The notes under the pieces: generated by a model
Database searches by the model: none
What the model saw: only the letters and a program-made list of their open reading frames with translations
What the model was told of the DNA's origin: nothing
Program-made: the position numbers and the translations under genes
Assembly: GCA_002255585.1 (NCBI GenBank)
Contig: NCBJ01000007.1
Coordinates: 1 to 49,897 of the forward strand
Direction of reading: 5' to 3'
From: Parcubacteria group bacterium 21-54-25
GTDB taxonomy: Bacteria; Patescibacteriota; Minisyncoccia; Phycocordibacterales; Phycocordibacteraceae
DNA: 49,897 nt
Shown here: piece by piece, positions 40,832 to 49,798 of the stretch
How the letters are laid out: each line of letters starts with the position of its first letter
How positions within the stretch are numbered: the stretch's first letter is position 1

Positions 40832-42110
40832 ACTCGATTACAACCTGTTTACGCTTTTTAAGCATGCCAAGCACATGCGCCTTTCGAGTGCCGAGCGTAT
40901 GCGTATGCGCTCCACACTTCTTACCTACGCAACTGCGCGACCGGTAAGAACGAGCCGTCTCAGTCGTCTGTTATGGACGGGTGGGCGTATCCCATCCCCT
41001 TATTCATTTGAACTATCACGACCTATGACGATATTTGCAGGATTACTTATCGCCGTGCTCCTTGGCGGCGGCACTTCCTACGCAGCACAAGGCGCGCTGC
41101 CGGGGAACATTCTGTATCCGATAAAGATACATGTCGATGAGCCCATTCAAGAAGCGTTTGCCTTCTCACCACAAAGTAAAGCAGCGGTGCAGGCGAGCAT
41201 CGCCACAACACGGCTTGACGAAGCACAGCAGCTAGCTGCCCAAGGCACCTTGAGCACCTCGACCGCTGCAGTGCTCGCGGCAAACTTCACAAGTCACGCC
41301 GACCAAGCCGCGCAAGCGACGGCCAGTATTGAAAACACAGACCCGGCCGCAGCCGCCGAGGTCAATGCCTCGCTTACCGCACGCATTACTGCAAACAAAA
41401 ATATTCTCGAAGATCTTGCACGTACTACCGCTACAGACGCGCGGGCGGTAGACGGCATCATCGTCGCACTGACCGCACAACTCAAAACGCACGGAGATGC
41501 TGGGGTACAAGCAAGCACACAAGCGACAGCAAGCGTCTCAAAGCAGGTGCTTATCGATCTGCAGATGCGCGCGCAAAATCAACTTGCCCTTGCTACGAGT
41601 TCTGCAATCTCGGCATTTCCCCTTGCTTCCTCGGCAGCCTCTTCATCACCTGTGGTAAATTTTTCCACGCAGGCCGAAGCGGCGGCGACGCTTGCTCAAA
41701 ATCGCTATGATGCTGCGATCACAGCACTCTCTACTGGCGATTCCGCCCTCGCATATGCAGATTTTGCCGATTCGCTCAACGCATCGACACAAGCACAAGC
41801 CTATGCCGATGCGGCAATACGCTTTGGAAAAGAAGCCGTCGTATCGCACCAGGACGGGCAAGGATCTTTCTCTGACCATACGGTCGCCTCGTCTACCGTA
41901 TTTGCAACGAGCACGTCTCAACGTGCTGCAACAACCACGAACGTTCAAGACGCGCAGTCAGTGCGTATCAGTACGCACGAAAAATCGCATACCGCGAGTG
42001 AGTCGGAGGGCGTGCATGCCTCGGCGAACATCAAAACAACGATACAGGGTGCGTCCAGCCTCGGACGGGTGCAACTACAAGGAAGTGGCGACGCGCATAT
42101 TGGTCTTTAG
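40824..42110 (+). CDS. DUF5667-domain membrane protein (putative anti-sigma partner)
   Basis: The ATG overlaps the sigma-factor stop (ATGACTAA). One TM segment, then 'ALPGNILYPIKIHVDE' (DUF5667 hallmark) and an Ala/Thr-rich helical repeat region. Confidence 0.65.
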   Translation: MTKLDYNLFTLFKHAKHMRLSSAERMRMRSTLLTYATARPVRTSRLSRLLWTGGRIPSPYSFELSRPMTIFAGLLIAVLLGGGTSYAAQGALPGNILYPIKIHVDEPIQEAFAFSPQSKAAVQASIATTRLDEAQQLAAQGTLSTSTAAVLAANFTSHADQAAQATASIENTDPAAAAEVNASLTARITANKNILEDLARTTATDARAVDGIIVALTAQLKTHGDAGVQASTQATASVSKQVLIDLQMRAQNQLALATSSAISAFPLASSAASSSPVVNFSTQAEAAATLAQNRYDAAITALSTGDSALAYADFADSLNASTQAQAYADAAIRFGKEAVVSHQDGQGSFSDHTVASSTVFATSTSQRAATTTNVQDAQSVRISTHEKSHTASESEGVHASANIKTTIQGASSLGRVQLQGSGDAHIGL

Positions 42111-42200
42111 AGTCCGACACACCGCAACCGTGTAAGGGTAGGTCTCCGCGCACCTTTTGGGTGTGGGGAGGCGTGGTATAGTGCCGGTACTGTAATTCTT

Positions 42201-43244
42201 ATGGCGCATCAATCACTCTATCGCACATACCGCCCGCGAACTTTTAACGAAGTCGAAGAGCAGCCACAAGTAACCCAGCCGCTCATTGAGCAAGTAAAAG
42301 AAGGCAAGATTGGTCACGCCTACCTTTTTGCCGGTAGTCGCGGTTTGGGAAAAACCAGTGTGGCGCGCATCTTTGCGCGCGCAGTGGGCTGTACGGAGAA
42401 AGACCTCTATGAGATCGACGCAGCTTCGCATAATAGTGTCGAGGACATACGCACGCTCACTGAGGGTGTCTACACCTTGCCATTCGAATCACCGTACAAG
42501 GTGTACATCCTCGACGAAGTGCATATGCTTTCAAAAGCCGCGTGGAATGCTTTTCTCAAGACACTCGAGGAACCACCCGCACATGCCATATTTATTCTCG
42601 CAACTACCGAGCTTGAGAAGGTGCCCGAGACGGTGCGGTCGCGCTGCCAGGTGTTTGAGTTTAAGAAACCGTCGCGTGCGGCACTTGCACAACTAGTCGC
42701 ACGCGTTGCCAAAAAAGAGAAGTACAAGCTTGATCCAGATGCGGCAGAGCTCGTCGCCCTGCTTGCTGATGGTTCGTATCGCGACGCGCTCTCGGTGCTT
42801 GAGCGTGTGTTGGCAAGCGCCAGCGGTACGACACTTTCTCGCGCAGTTGTTGAGACGGTCACCGGCGCTCCCAAGCGCGAGCTCGTGCATGGACTTATCG
42901 CCGCGCTCGCCGAGGGCTCGCGCGGTGCCGCTCTTGTCGCTATCGAACGCACGGCAAAAAGCGGCGCGGACATGCAGCTTTTTCTGATGCTAGTTATAGA
43001 ATCGTTGCGTGCTACGCTTCTCCTGCGCTACGCGCCCGACCTCCACAAAGCGCTCGCTGCGGAACTCGGCAAAGACGAATACGAAACGCTCTCCCGCTAT
43101 GCAAAAAGTGAGACCAAGCCCGGCGTGACGCACGCAACGCTCCTTGCATTTTTAAATGCCGTTGAGCGTATCCGCTTCTCCCCTGTGCCTTCTGTGCCGC
43201 TTGAGCTGGCGGTGTTCGAGCTCATGGGGAGCGAAGATGCGTAG
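42201..43244 (+). CDS. dnaX: DNA polymerase III gamma/tau subunit (short form)
   Basis: 'YRPRTFNEV', 'HAYLFAGSRGLGKTS', 'ILDEVHMLS', 'TTELEKVPETVRSRC'. Confidence 0.85.
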   Translation: MAHQSLYRTYRPRTFNEVEEQPQVTQPLIEQVKEGKIGHAYLFAGSRGLGKTSVARIFARAVGCTEKDLYEIDAASHNSVEDIRTLTEGVYTLPFESPYKVYILDEVHMLSKAAWNAFLKTLEEPPAHAIFILATTELEKVPETVRSRCQVFEFKKPSRAALAQLVARVAKKEKYKLDPDAAELVALLADGSYRDALSVLERVLASASGTTLSRAVVETVTGAPKRELVHGLIAALAEGSRGAALVAIERTAKSGADMQLFLMLVIESLRATLLLRYAPDLHKALAAELGKDEYETLSRYAKSETKPGVTHATLLAFLNAVERIRFSPVPSVPLELAVFELMGSEDA

Positions 43245-43893
43245 TATGGCAGAAAAGCGGGTATACCTCGTACGACATGGCGAGACCGCCAGCAACCGCT
43301 CTTTGCGGCACCAGGCCAGAAGTACGCCGCTTGACGCGCGCGGTGTGCGACAAGCCGCACTCACCGCGCACGCGCTTGCCGCGCTACCTATCGACAGCAT
43401 CATCACCAGTGGTGCCACCCGCACGCAGCAAACCGCACTGCCGCTTTTAGAAGCCGTCCACTGCCCGGTAGTCAACAATCCCTTCTTTGAGGAGCTGCGC
43501 CGCCCTTCAGTGGCCGTTGGCAAGAAGTATCTCGATCCGCGCGCGCTCTGGGCGGTAGTGCGGGTATACTTGCATGCTATTGGTGTGCGGGCAAAACATT
43601 CTGACGAAGAGACGGTATCGGAGTTTCGACAGCGGGCAGCAGACGCGATTGCACTTTTGGCATCTGATCCAGCAAAGCACCTTGTTGTGTTTTCGCATCG
43701 CCTGTTCATAAGCGGCGCACTTGCGATTATCTCTGGCAGTGCCGAAGGCAGCACCACTGCATTTTTGCGCGCGGCGTTTCGTTTCGGGCGTATTCCAAAC
43801 GGCAGTATTACCGAGCTTTCTTATAACTCGGCGCGCGCCACACCTTGGCACATCGAGCGTTTCGCTGACACACGGCACTTGAGTGACGCATAA
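43237..43893 (+). CDS. Histidine phosphatase family protein (phosphoglycerate-mutase-like)
   Basis: 'VYLVRHGETASN' (RHG motif) and 'VVFSH'. The start overlaps the dnaX stop. Confidence 0.75.
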   Translation: MRSMAEKRVYLVRHGETASNRSLRHQARSTPLDARGVRQAALTAHALAALPIDSIITSGATRTQQTALPLLEAVHCPVVNNPFFEELRRPSVAVGKKYLDPRALWAVVRVYLHAIGVRAKHSDEETVSEFRQRAADAIALLASDPAKHLVVFSHRLFISGALAIISGSAEGSTTAFLRAAFRFGRIPNGSITELSYNSARATPWHIERFADTRHLSDA

Positions 43894-43935
43894 GCATCTA
43901 GCGGAACATGAGATTTTTGGTATCGTTACCAATAT

Positions 43936-44006
43936 TGCGGGATCGTCTAATGGTAGGACCGCGGCCTTTGGAGCCGTTAATCTTGGTTCGAATCCAAGTC
44001 CCGCAG
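43936..44006 (+). tRNA. tRNA-Gln (UUG)
   Basis: U1:A72 acceptor TGCGGGA/TCCCGCA, anticodon loop CTTTGGA, T-loop TTCGAAT. Confidence 0.9.
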
Positions 44007-45046
44007 CCTGAATTCAACTCTCAATTGCACCACCCCAGACTTCTAATGGACTCAGGAAGCCGTGCCGCTTCCGGGGTCTCGTGTTCAAAGCATACTCCAC
44101 CCGGGCAATCGCTGCATCCGATACGTCCCTAAAGTCGGTGCCCTTGGGGAAATACTGCCGCAACAGGCCGTTCGCATTTTCATTGCTGCCACGCTCGCAT
44201 GAACAATACGGATGAGCGAAGAAGCAGTTGATGCCGAGCGCTTCTTCTATCTCCTCCCATCGCTGATTCTCGCTTCCGTTGTCGGTGGTCAGCGTGTGCA
44301 CCGGAAGGCCGGCAAGCCGTCCGATCACGGCAGTGCTTGTCGCCCCACTCGTCTTGTCGGCAACCCTGGTGACGAGGAAGAGTCCACTCTTCCTCTCAAG
44401 CAAGGTGTTCACCCCTGGCGCATGGTCACCTGATTCGACCGTGTCGCCCTCCCAGTCGCCGATGCGCGACCGGGTGTCGACGATCGTCGGACGAGTCTCG
44501 ATGGATGGCCCTTTTGGCTTGAAAATACGCTGTCCCTTGCGAGAACCATGAGGCTGCCGCTTCTTCTGCTTGCGGCGCAGGTACGGACGCAGGTCTTCTT
44601 TCCCCGGCTTCACCCAGCCATTGCCGCCCCGGTGCACTTGCGCGTATATGAATTGATATATCGCCTCATGTGAGATGGTGCCAATCGCTTCGAGCTTCAT
44701 GCGTCCGGCAATCTGTTCGGGAGACCAGTTTTGTTTGAGGTGGTCGATGACATACTGACGAATCGTTTCATTCCTCAATCGCTCCGTACGGCCCCGACTC
44801 TTTCGTTTTTCCTGGGCCCGTTCTTCGGCGAGTCGTGGCGTATATTGCCGTCGATATGCAGGACGATTCTTGTTGATTTCTCGGACGATTGACGAGTGCG
44901 AGCGTCCGAGACGCTTCGCAATCGACCGCACTGATTCCTTTCTCCACAATCCTTGCTGTATTTCCTCACGCTCTTCCACGCTCAACTGCTTGTGTGCCAT
45001 ATCCCGCTATTTTAGCGGAGTGGTGCAATTACTTGTTGAACTCAAG
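44007..45046 (-). mobile_element. Intact IS30-family insertion sequence (about 1040 bp), directly abutting tRNA-Gln
   Basis: IRs: TGAATTCAACTCTCAATTGCACCAC (44009-) and the reverse complement of the right end, TGAGTTCAACAAGTAATTGCACCAC, matching at 20 of 25 positions. It carries a single transposase ORF. Confidence 0.88.
44014..45000 (-). CDS. IS30-family transposase
   Basis: 328 aa with an N-terminal HTH ('LSVEEREEIQQGLWRKESVRSIAKRLGRSHSSIVREI'), a DDE core ('GDWEGDTV', 'LTTDNGSEN') and 'LNTRPRKRHGF'. Confidence 0.9.
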   Translation of the reverse strand: MAHKQLSVEEREEIQQGLWRKESVRSIAKRLGRSHSSIVREINKNRPAYRRQYTPRLAEERAQEKRKSRGRTERLRNETIRQYVIDHLKQNWSPEQIAGRMKLEAIGTISHEAIYQFIYAQVHRGGNGWVKPGKEDLRPYLRRKQKKRQPHGSRKGQRIFKPKGPSIETRPTIVDTRSRIGDWEGDTVESGDHAPGVNTLLERKSGLFLVTRVADKTSGATSTAVIGRLAGLPVHTLTTDNGSENQRWEEIEEALGINCFFAHPYCSCERGSNENANGLLRQYFPKGTDFRDVSDAAIARVEYALNTRPRKRHGFLSPLEVWGGAIES

Positions 45047-45070
45047 GATGCCTTGACGACACATCCTTAC

Positions 45071-45472
45071 TCATTTAGGAAGTGAGTACTCGAAATCATA
45101 GAAATGCTCTCCCTCAACGATGTTGATAGTCATTGTGCCTTCAAGCCCCACCAACTCTCCTGCCCCACACCCTGGCACGGCGGTTATTGTCAGTTGCTGA
45201 GAGGTTTTGGTCCGCGTTCCGTTGTGCATGAGGACGAAGGATCCGCTGCGGCCGTGCAAGGTCCCGTTTACGCGCTCGATTGCGACGTACGCGCCGGAGC
45301 CATCGTCAGAGGTTGCCGAAAGCATGTCTACGGTACTCGCTGCTTCCAAATCGCCCCGGAACTTCTTTTCGACAGAGTATTTTCCGAAGATGATGCCCCC
45401 GACCTTATCCTCTCCCTCGGGTGTCAGCTTTACCTCAAACGTCCCTTGTGCGGTTAATTGATGATTTTTCAT
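45071..45472 (-). CDS. DUF3224-family protein
   Basis: 133 aa. 'GTFEVKL.P........G......K.F.GDLEA.S...ML.......GAYVAIERV.G.L.GR.G.F.L.H.G' matches my memory of DUF3224. Confidence 0.6.
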   Translation of the reverse strand: MKNHQLTAQGTFEVKLTPEGEDKVGGIIFGKYSVEKKFRGDLEAASTVDMLSATSDDGSGAYVAIERVNGTLHGRSGSFVLMHNGTRTKTSQQLTITAVPGCGAGELVGLEGTMTINIVEGEHFYDFEYSLPK

Positions 45473-45516
45473 AAATTTAATTTACCGGTTTGTATCAATC
45501 TTGACGGCCCATTCAC

Positions 45517-46080
45517 CTACTCCATCAATTGAGCGCCCCAAGAAGCGTATGGAACATCTTTGAGGAACTGCGAGAACTCGAAGCGATGGCCCTCGATATC
45601 TTCAGCCGTGTACTGACGCAAACCCCACGGTTTGTCTTCCGGTTCTGCAAGAATACGAGCGGCGGCGGCGAGAGCTTGCTTGTAGTGCTCATTCACATCC
45701 TCCACAAATACGATGATCGTTCCCGACACTCCTCCGAGTTGCCTGGGGCTTTTGTAGTCGTTTCCTGCGCGCGATAACTCAATGAATGCGTCTTTGATAC
45801 GCATTTCTGCGTGTAGCACGACGCAATCTTTGTTGGTCCAGCGCAGGTGTTCCTTAAATCCAAAAGCTGTGGAAAGCCAGGCGATAGCCCCGCCCACGTC
45901 TTCGTACCGCAGAGAAGGCATGACGCCGGGGAATCCGCGCGCAGGGTCGTATGAAATGAAACGAGGGTCCATATTTTTGTTCTCTGTGCCCATACCGGGG
46001 TAGTATATCATCCGTGCAGCGAGGCCCACCCGGACACGTGGTAGGCTCCTGTGAGCGGCGGTCATAACCAAAGGTCCCAC
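45517..46080 (-). CDS. VOC (glyoxalase/bleomycin-resistance) family protein
   Basis: 'VMPSLRYEDVGGAIAWLSTAFGF', 'HAEMRI.DAFIEL' and 'PWGLRQYTAEDIEGHRFEF'. The true start is probably downstream of 46080 (candidates at 46011, 45993 and 45972). Confidence 0.75.
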   Translation of the reverse strand: MGPLVMTAAHRSLPRVRVGLAARMIYYPGMGTENKNMDPRFISYDPARGFPGVMPSLRYEDVGGAIAWLSTAFGFKEHLRWTNKDCVVLHAEMRIKDAFIELSRAGNDYKSPRQLGGVSGTIIVFVEDVNEHYKQALAAAARILAEPEDKPWGLRQYTAEDIEGHRFEFSQFLKDVPYASWGAQLME

Positions 46081-46120
46081 TCGATACAGCGCTCGCGGGT
46101 AGAAACTTCTTTAGCTATAT

Positions 46121-46950
46121 CTACGACTTCTTTCTGCCACGCCTCATGGTCCATAAGTCGGCTGGTATCGCAAAGCCAACCTTCGCCTTTGCGGCCGAAT
46201 CATCCCCCCCGAGCAGTTTGTCGCGCTGCACCTCAGACTCCTCCCAGAGTCTATTTATCCTCTCCGGTGCCCACGCGACGTTAATGGATGCAAGATGAAC
46301 TCGTTTTGGTCTTGGCGGTCCGGATGGGTGTTGTTTAGGCCGCACTGCTTTTGTTCGTATTTCAAGGACAGTAAATGGGGCACGCCGCGTAATCGGGAGA
46401 AACGAGAATGGACCAAAGCCCAGGACCTCTGCTATCACCCCGTCTTCTACCTGTACCGAGACGCTAATGTACACCCTTGCTGGACATCAGAGGGATTGGT
46501 GCGAGCCACAACAGTCCATCCGACCAAACCATGCAACGAGTGGCAAAGCTCCACGAGTGAATCAGGTGTAGCAATTTCAGGGAATATAACTGTTAAAGCC
46601 TGTACGCCCGTAGCATCGACAGCTCGTTTCGTGTCTATCGAGATTTTGGTGAGTTCGCTTGATGATGGAGTAATGCGTTTCCCACTGATCACGCTTGTTC
46701 TAATACCGATCTCGCTCGGATGTTTGGCAAAAATCTGGGCAAACCGACATCCTAGTTGGCCCCTTGCCTGCCAATCCCTATAGATCGCCTCAACATGATT
46801 AGGTGAGTTCAGGACTGATTCAGCGTCGCTAGCGTGCCCAGCACGAACCAGACAGGAAATGTAATCGTCGCGCGTTGGAAAAGAAACCTTTCTTCCTGCG
46901 ACACTAACATTCAGGCTTTTGGTTAAACCCTTGAAGATTTTCGATCTCAC
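46121..46950 (-). pseudogene. YqcI/YcgG-family-like gene split by a frameshift (ORFs 46447..46950 and 46121..46474)
   Basis: The two ORFs overlap by 28 nt in different frames and read through as one protein. 'LGCRFAQ' resembles the family's 'FPC.FA' motif, and 'VLGFGPFSFLPITRRAPFTVLEI' resembles its C-terminal core. The family assignment is from memory. Confidence 0.45.
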
Positions 46951-47030
46951 GTGGTTCCCTGAAATATATTTTCTTTTTCTCCATCGATGGATTCACGTCT
47001 CCCCACGGGCGCGAAGGCGAAATACCTAGA

Positions 47031-47723
47031 TCAGGTGCCGAAACGTACCGCATGAGCAACTTGCAAAAGCGGACTTTGAGAGTCTCGTTTTGTGCGTCTG
47101 CCGTACATCGTCCGATGAAATTCCGCCGGCTCGTCGGCAAGTGTCTCAAACACGGCCCATGCCCGGTCTCCTATCAATTTCAACGTAGGCTTCCCAGCAA
47201 GACCAGGGTAATCCGTAACCGCGCGTTTAACGCCTTTGGCGCGCTTCTTATGAAGGTCCGTTAGCCTTGCTTTAACCGGCTGTTCATCGTGATCGCAAAT
47301 GGCAGCAAGAAGCATCAATTCTGACGGGTCTCCATAACAACATGCATAAACACTTCGTACAAAACGAATGTCTAGATTGTGCGGTGATGCGGGTAGCTGG
47401 GAAACAGGGTGATGATCGATCACGACAAATTGCCGATCTGGTTCCGCCGCAACTCGCGCTGCCAACGCGTGGTATGAACTGATGGGATTTCGAGCATTAA
47501 ACATAATGTCGACAACGACAACTAGATCGGCGTCTCCCAGTTCGCAGATCCCAAAATGTTGTTCCCAAAATCGATAACTGCCCGTCGCGGTTGGGTCTAC
47601 TACCACATCGATAATTTCGATTCCTTCCTTATCAAGATTCTCCATTGTTTGTACGGCCGCTAGATGGCCATCGCCATCCGCATGAGCAAATACAATCGCT
47701 TTGCGTTGCATAGTGGTTCCCAT
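47031..47723 (-). CDS. Stand-alone DHH-domain phosphoesterase-like protein with no DHHA1 domain
   Basis: 'IVFAHADGDGHLAA' (motif I), 'VVVVDIMFN' (motif II) and 'VVIDHHP' (motif III). No GGGH motif is present. 230 aa. Confidence 0.6.
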   Translation of the reverse strand: MGTTMQRKAIVFAHADGDGHLAAVQTMENLDKEGIEIIDVVVDPTATGSYRFWEQHFGICELGDADLVVVVDIMFNARNPISSYHALAARVAAEPDRQFVVIDHHPVSQLPASPHNLDIRFVRSVYACCYGDPSELMLLAAICDHDEQPVKARLTDLHKKRAKGVKRAVTDYPGLAGKPTLKLIGDRAWAVFETLADEPAEFHRTMYGRRTKRDSQSPLLQVAHAVRFGT

Positions 47724-47938
47724 ATGTATTTAAAGTAAAAATGTTATAGTTGCCACCAGTATATGGCCTACGTAACAGACGTCAATCGCCGCCTTGCTTC
47801 TCAATGGAGGGCTGGGGCTCAAAGGTGTTGCTGCGAAACATGGGGTTGGCTAACTCATGGTTGATGGATTGTCTTGGCTCGTCCGCCCTTATCCCCACCG
47901 TCAATATGCGCGGTCTTAAATTTGTGCAATCGTAACCG

Positions 47939-48277
47939 TTACCGCTTCGGAATCCAGCCGGGCGGCATCCCGCCAGAGCACGTCTGATCTGGGCAGTTAC
48001 GTTCATTTAATTCCTTCAGTATGGTCTTGATGTCCTCCACAGCCTGCGTGTTCAGCGCTATACCCAACTGATACTGAATCACGTCTTGTAGCTCCGTCAG
48101 TGAGCAATGGTCATTGCCTCGGCTCCGCAATATCTCTAGGCCAGCATCCACACTTTTCTTCAAATCTATCATTTCGAATTCTCGGACCTGTAGATCTAGC
48201 TTTCTAGCCAGGACGGAGAAACCGGCGTACTGCGGTCGTTTTTGATCGGTGATCCTCGGCTGCGTCAAAGCAGACAC
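47939..48277 (-). CDS. Hypothetical protein (112 aa)
   Basis: ORF only; no motif recognised. Confidence 0.4.
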   Translation of the reverse strand: MSALTQPRITDQKRPQYAGFSVLARKLDLQVREFEMIDLKKSVDAGLEILRSRGNDHCSLTELQDVIQYQLGIALNTQAVEDIKTILKELNERNCPDQTCSGGMPPGWIPKR

Positions 48278-48544
48278 CAGTCAGTAAATCGGCGGGTAGG
48301 TCGGATTCACACTACTGCGCACGAAACCAGGATGTCAAGTTGGCGTAAGCCATTCAGAGTATTATGGCTTTTGATGGGCTGTCTATGCCGCACTCCGGAT
48401 GTGGCAGTCTCCCGCAGGTACCGTGCGACCGCAAGTCTTGCGTGTTAAGACGTCATTTAGCATTGGATGGTCTGAGGGACAATTGTTCCGGTTGGCGTAA
48501 TAGCCGACACGGCGAAGGGCCCGGGCGTCCGGTGACACGGGAGA

Positions 48545-48625
48545 TTGGAGCGAAACGCGAAGGTAGGCGCCGGTCGTTTTGTGGTGCTAAGGAGGGCGGA
48601 TTTCACCTACGTCGCCACCTGGGCA
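48545..48625 (+). pseudogene. Fragment of a third rve-type transposase gene, left flank of the IS3-like copy 2
   Basis: The frame reads '...RFVVLRRADFTYVATWA', resembling the 'W..D.TY......G' first-Asp region of DDE transposases. It stops exactly at the IS boundary. Confidence 0.3.
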
Positions 48626-48658
48626 TGGCAAGTACCCCAAATTTTGTACACTCTCGGG

Positions 48659-49459
48659 CTAGGATTTCTGCCATTTCTCGCAGTGCTTCTCGTAGAAAGT
48701 ACGGGGTGGCATTTTGAGACTGCTGTGTATGCGCCTAGTGTTGTAGTAGTGGATGTACCGGCCGATTGCCTCGGTCAGTGCGTCGATAGTTTTGTGCCGT
48801 GACGCCTTGCCGAACTCGAGCTTGAAGGTGTTGAAGAACGACTCCTGGTGACCATTTCTCCATGGACTTGCCTTGGGGGAGTGGGAAGGGAGGATCTTTC
48901 GTGAGACGAGCCATTCGAGCACGGCATGAGCAGTGTATTCACTGCCCTGGTCGGAGTGGAATATAGATGGAACCTCTCGTTTGCGCACGGCTTCCTCAAG
49001 AACGGCAAGAATGAGCGCGGTGGTGTGGTGAAAGCCAAGCTGCCAAGCAAGCACTTCTCTGGTGTAGCGATCCACCACCGTTGCCAGGTAGAGCTTTCGT
49101 CCACCCCAGGGAAGCTCCGTGAAGTCCCCCACCCAGATGGCAGAGGGTGCAATGGGGGTGATATGCGCCGTGCGGTTGGGTACTCCTGAGACGGAGCGCT
49201 TCCGTCCATATTTCGAGGGCTTTCTGCGCACCTTAGGTTCAATGCCGTAAAGATGCATGACGCGTAGGATGCGTTTCTTGTTCACCTTCAGGTGCAGTGC
49301 GATACGTCGGTGTCCGTAGGCAGGGTGTTCTTCGAGTGCGGCAACGATCAGGTCACGCAGTTCCCGATCTTTCTCCGGAAGCCGTGCGTGATAGTAGAGG
49401 GAGGAACGGGAGATACCTAGGATGCGAGCAAGGGCGGCTTTCGTGAGTTCCTGCTCCAC
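48659..49459 (-). CDS. IS3-family transposase OrfB (rve)
   Basis: 'IWVGDFTELPWGGRKLYLATVVDRYTREVLAW', 'FHSDQGSEY', 'PWRNGHQESFF' and 'YNTRRIHSSL'. Confidence 0.85.
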   Translation of the reverse strand: MEQELTKAALARILGISRSSLYYHARLPEKDRELRDLIVAALEEHPAYGHRRIALHLKVNKKRILRVMHLYGIEPKVRRKPSKYGRKRSVSGVPNRTAHITPIAPSAIWVGDFTELPWGGRKLYLATVVDRYTREVLAWQLGFHHTTALILAVLEEAVRKREVPSIFHSDQGSEYTAHAVLEWLVSRKILPSHSPKASPWRNGHQESFFNTFKLEFGKASRHKTIDALTEAIGRYIHYYNTRRIHSSLKMPPRTFYEKHCEKWQKS

Positions 49460-49466
49460 AAGCAGG

Positions 49467-49733
49467 TTACGTGCCAGGAAAGGAGCTCTTCCTCTTCGTC
49501 TTCTGGTGGAGAATCATTTCTCCGATGATTGCCTTCAATTCCTGGTTCTCCTGACGAAGGCGCTGCACCTCCGTGCTTGAGGTGTGTCCGTTCTTTGATT
49601 GCTTCCGAAGCCACTTCTTGATCGTATACTCGGCAATAAGGAAGGTCTTTGCTGCGTCCGGGATGCTCATTCCCTCATCCTTGATCGCAGAGATGATCTT
49701 CGCCCGCTGCTCGGGTGTAATGTACTGGGCCAT
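49467..49733 (-). CDS. IS3-family transposase OrfA (HTH)
   Basis: 'ISAIKDEGMSIPDAAKTFLIAEYTIKKWL' followed by a leucine-zipper-like segment. Confidence 0.8.
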   Translation of the reverse strand: MAQYITPEQRAKIISAIKDEGMSIPDAAKTFLIAEYTIKKWLRKQSKNGHTSSTEVQRLRQENQELKAIIGEMILHQKTKRKSSFPGT

Positions 49734-49798
49734 ATGTCTGTTGGTTAGGCGGGCTCTAATGCTGGCCCGCTAGTGTACAGAATAATGGGTACACTCCA

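Larger units (their letters stand above)
48626..49798 (-). mobile_element. IS3-family insertion sequence, copy 2 (1173 bp), related to but diverged from copy 1
   Basis: IRs: TGGCAAGTACCCCAAATTTTGTACAC (48626-48651) and the reverse complement of 49773-49798, TGGAGTGTACCCATTATTCTGTACAC. The ends are TG...CA. The IRs resemble those of copy 1. Confidence 0.85.

Noticed and set aside
42111-42200. SRP (4.5S) RNA, which is often found just upstream of dnaX
   Set aside because: The spacer is only about 90 nt, has no GGAAGCAGCC-type domain IV motif, and forms only a GC-rich terminator-like hairpin for the upstream gene.
48421-48625. Possible 5' end of a group II intron (GTGCGACC...GCGTGTTAAGACG resembles GTGCG...GGTGTTAAGTC of Ll.LtrB, and the region has many GNRA-like loops)
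   Set aside because: Only a short resemblance exists. The window contains no domain V or VI, no reverse transcriptase ORF and no intron 3' end. One frame of the same DNA reads as a transposase-like fragment (ADFTYVATW). I treat the region as decayed IS sequence unless a covariance-model scan says otherwise.
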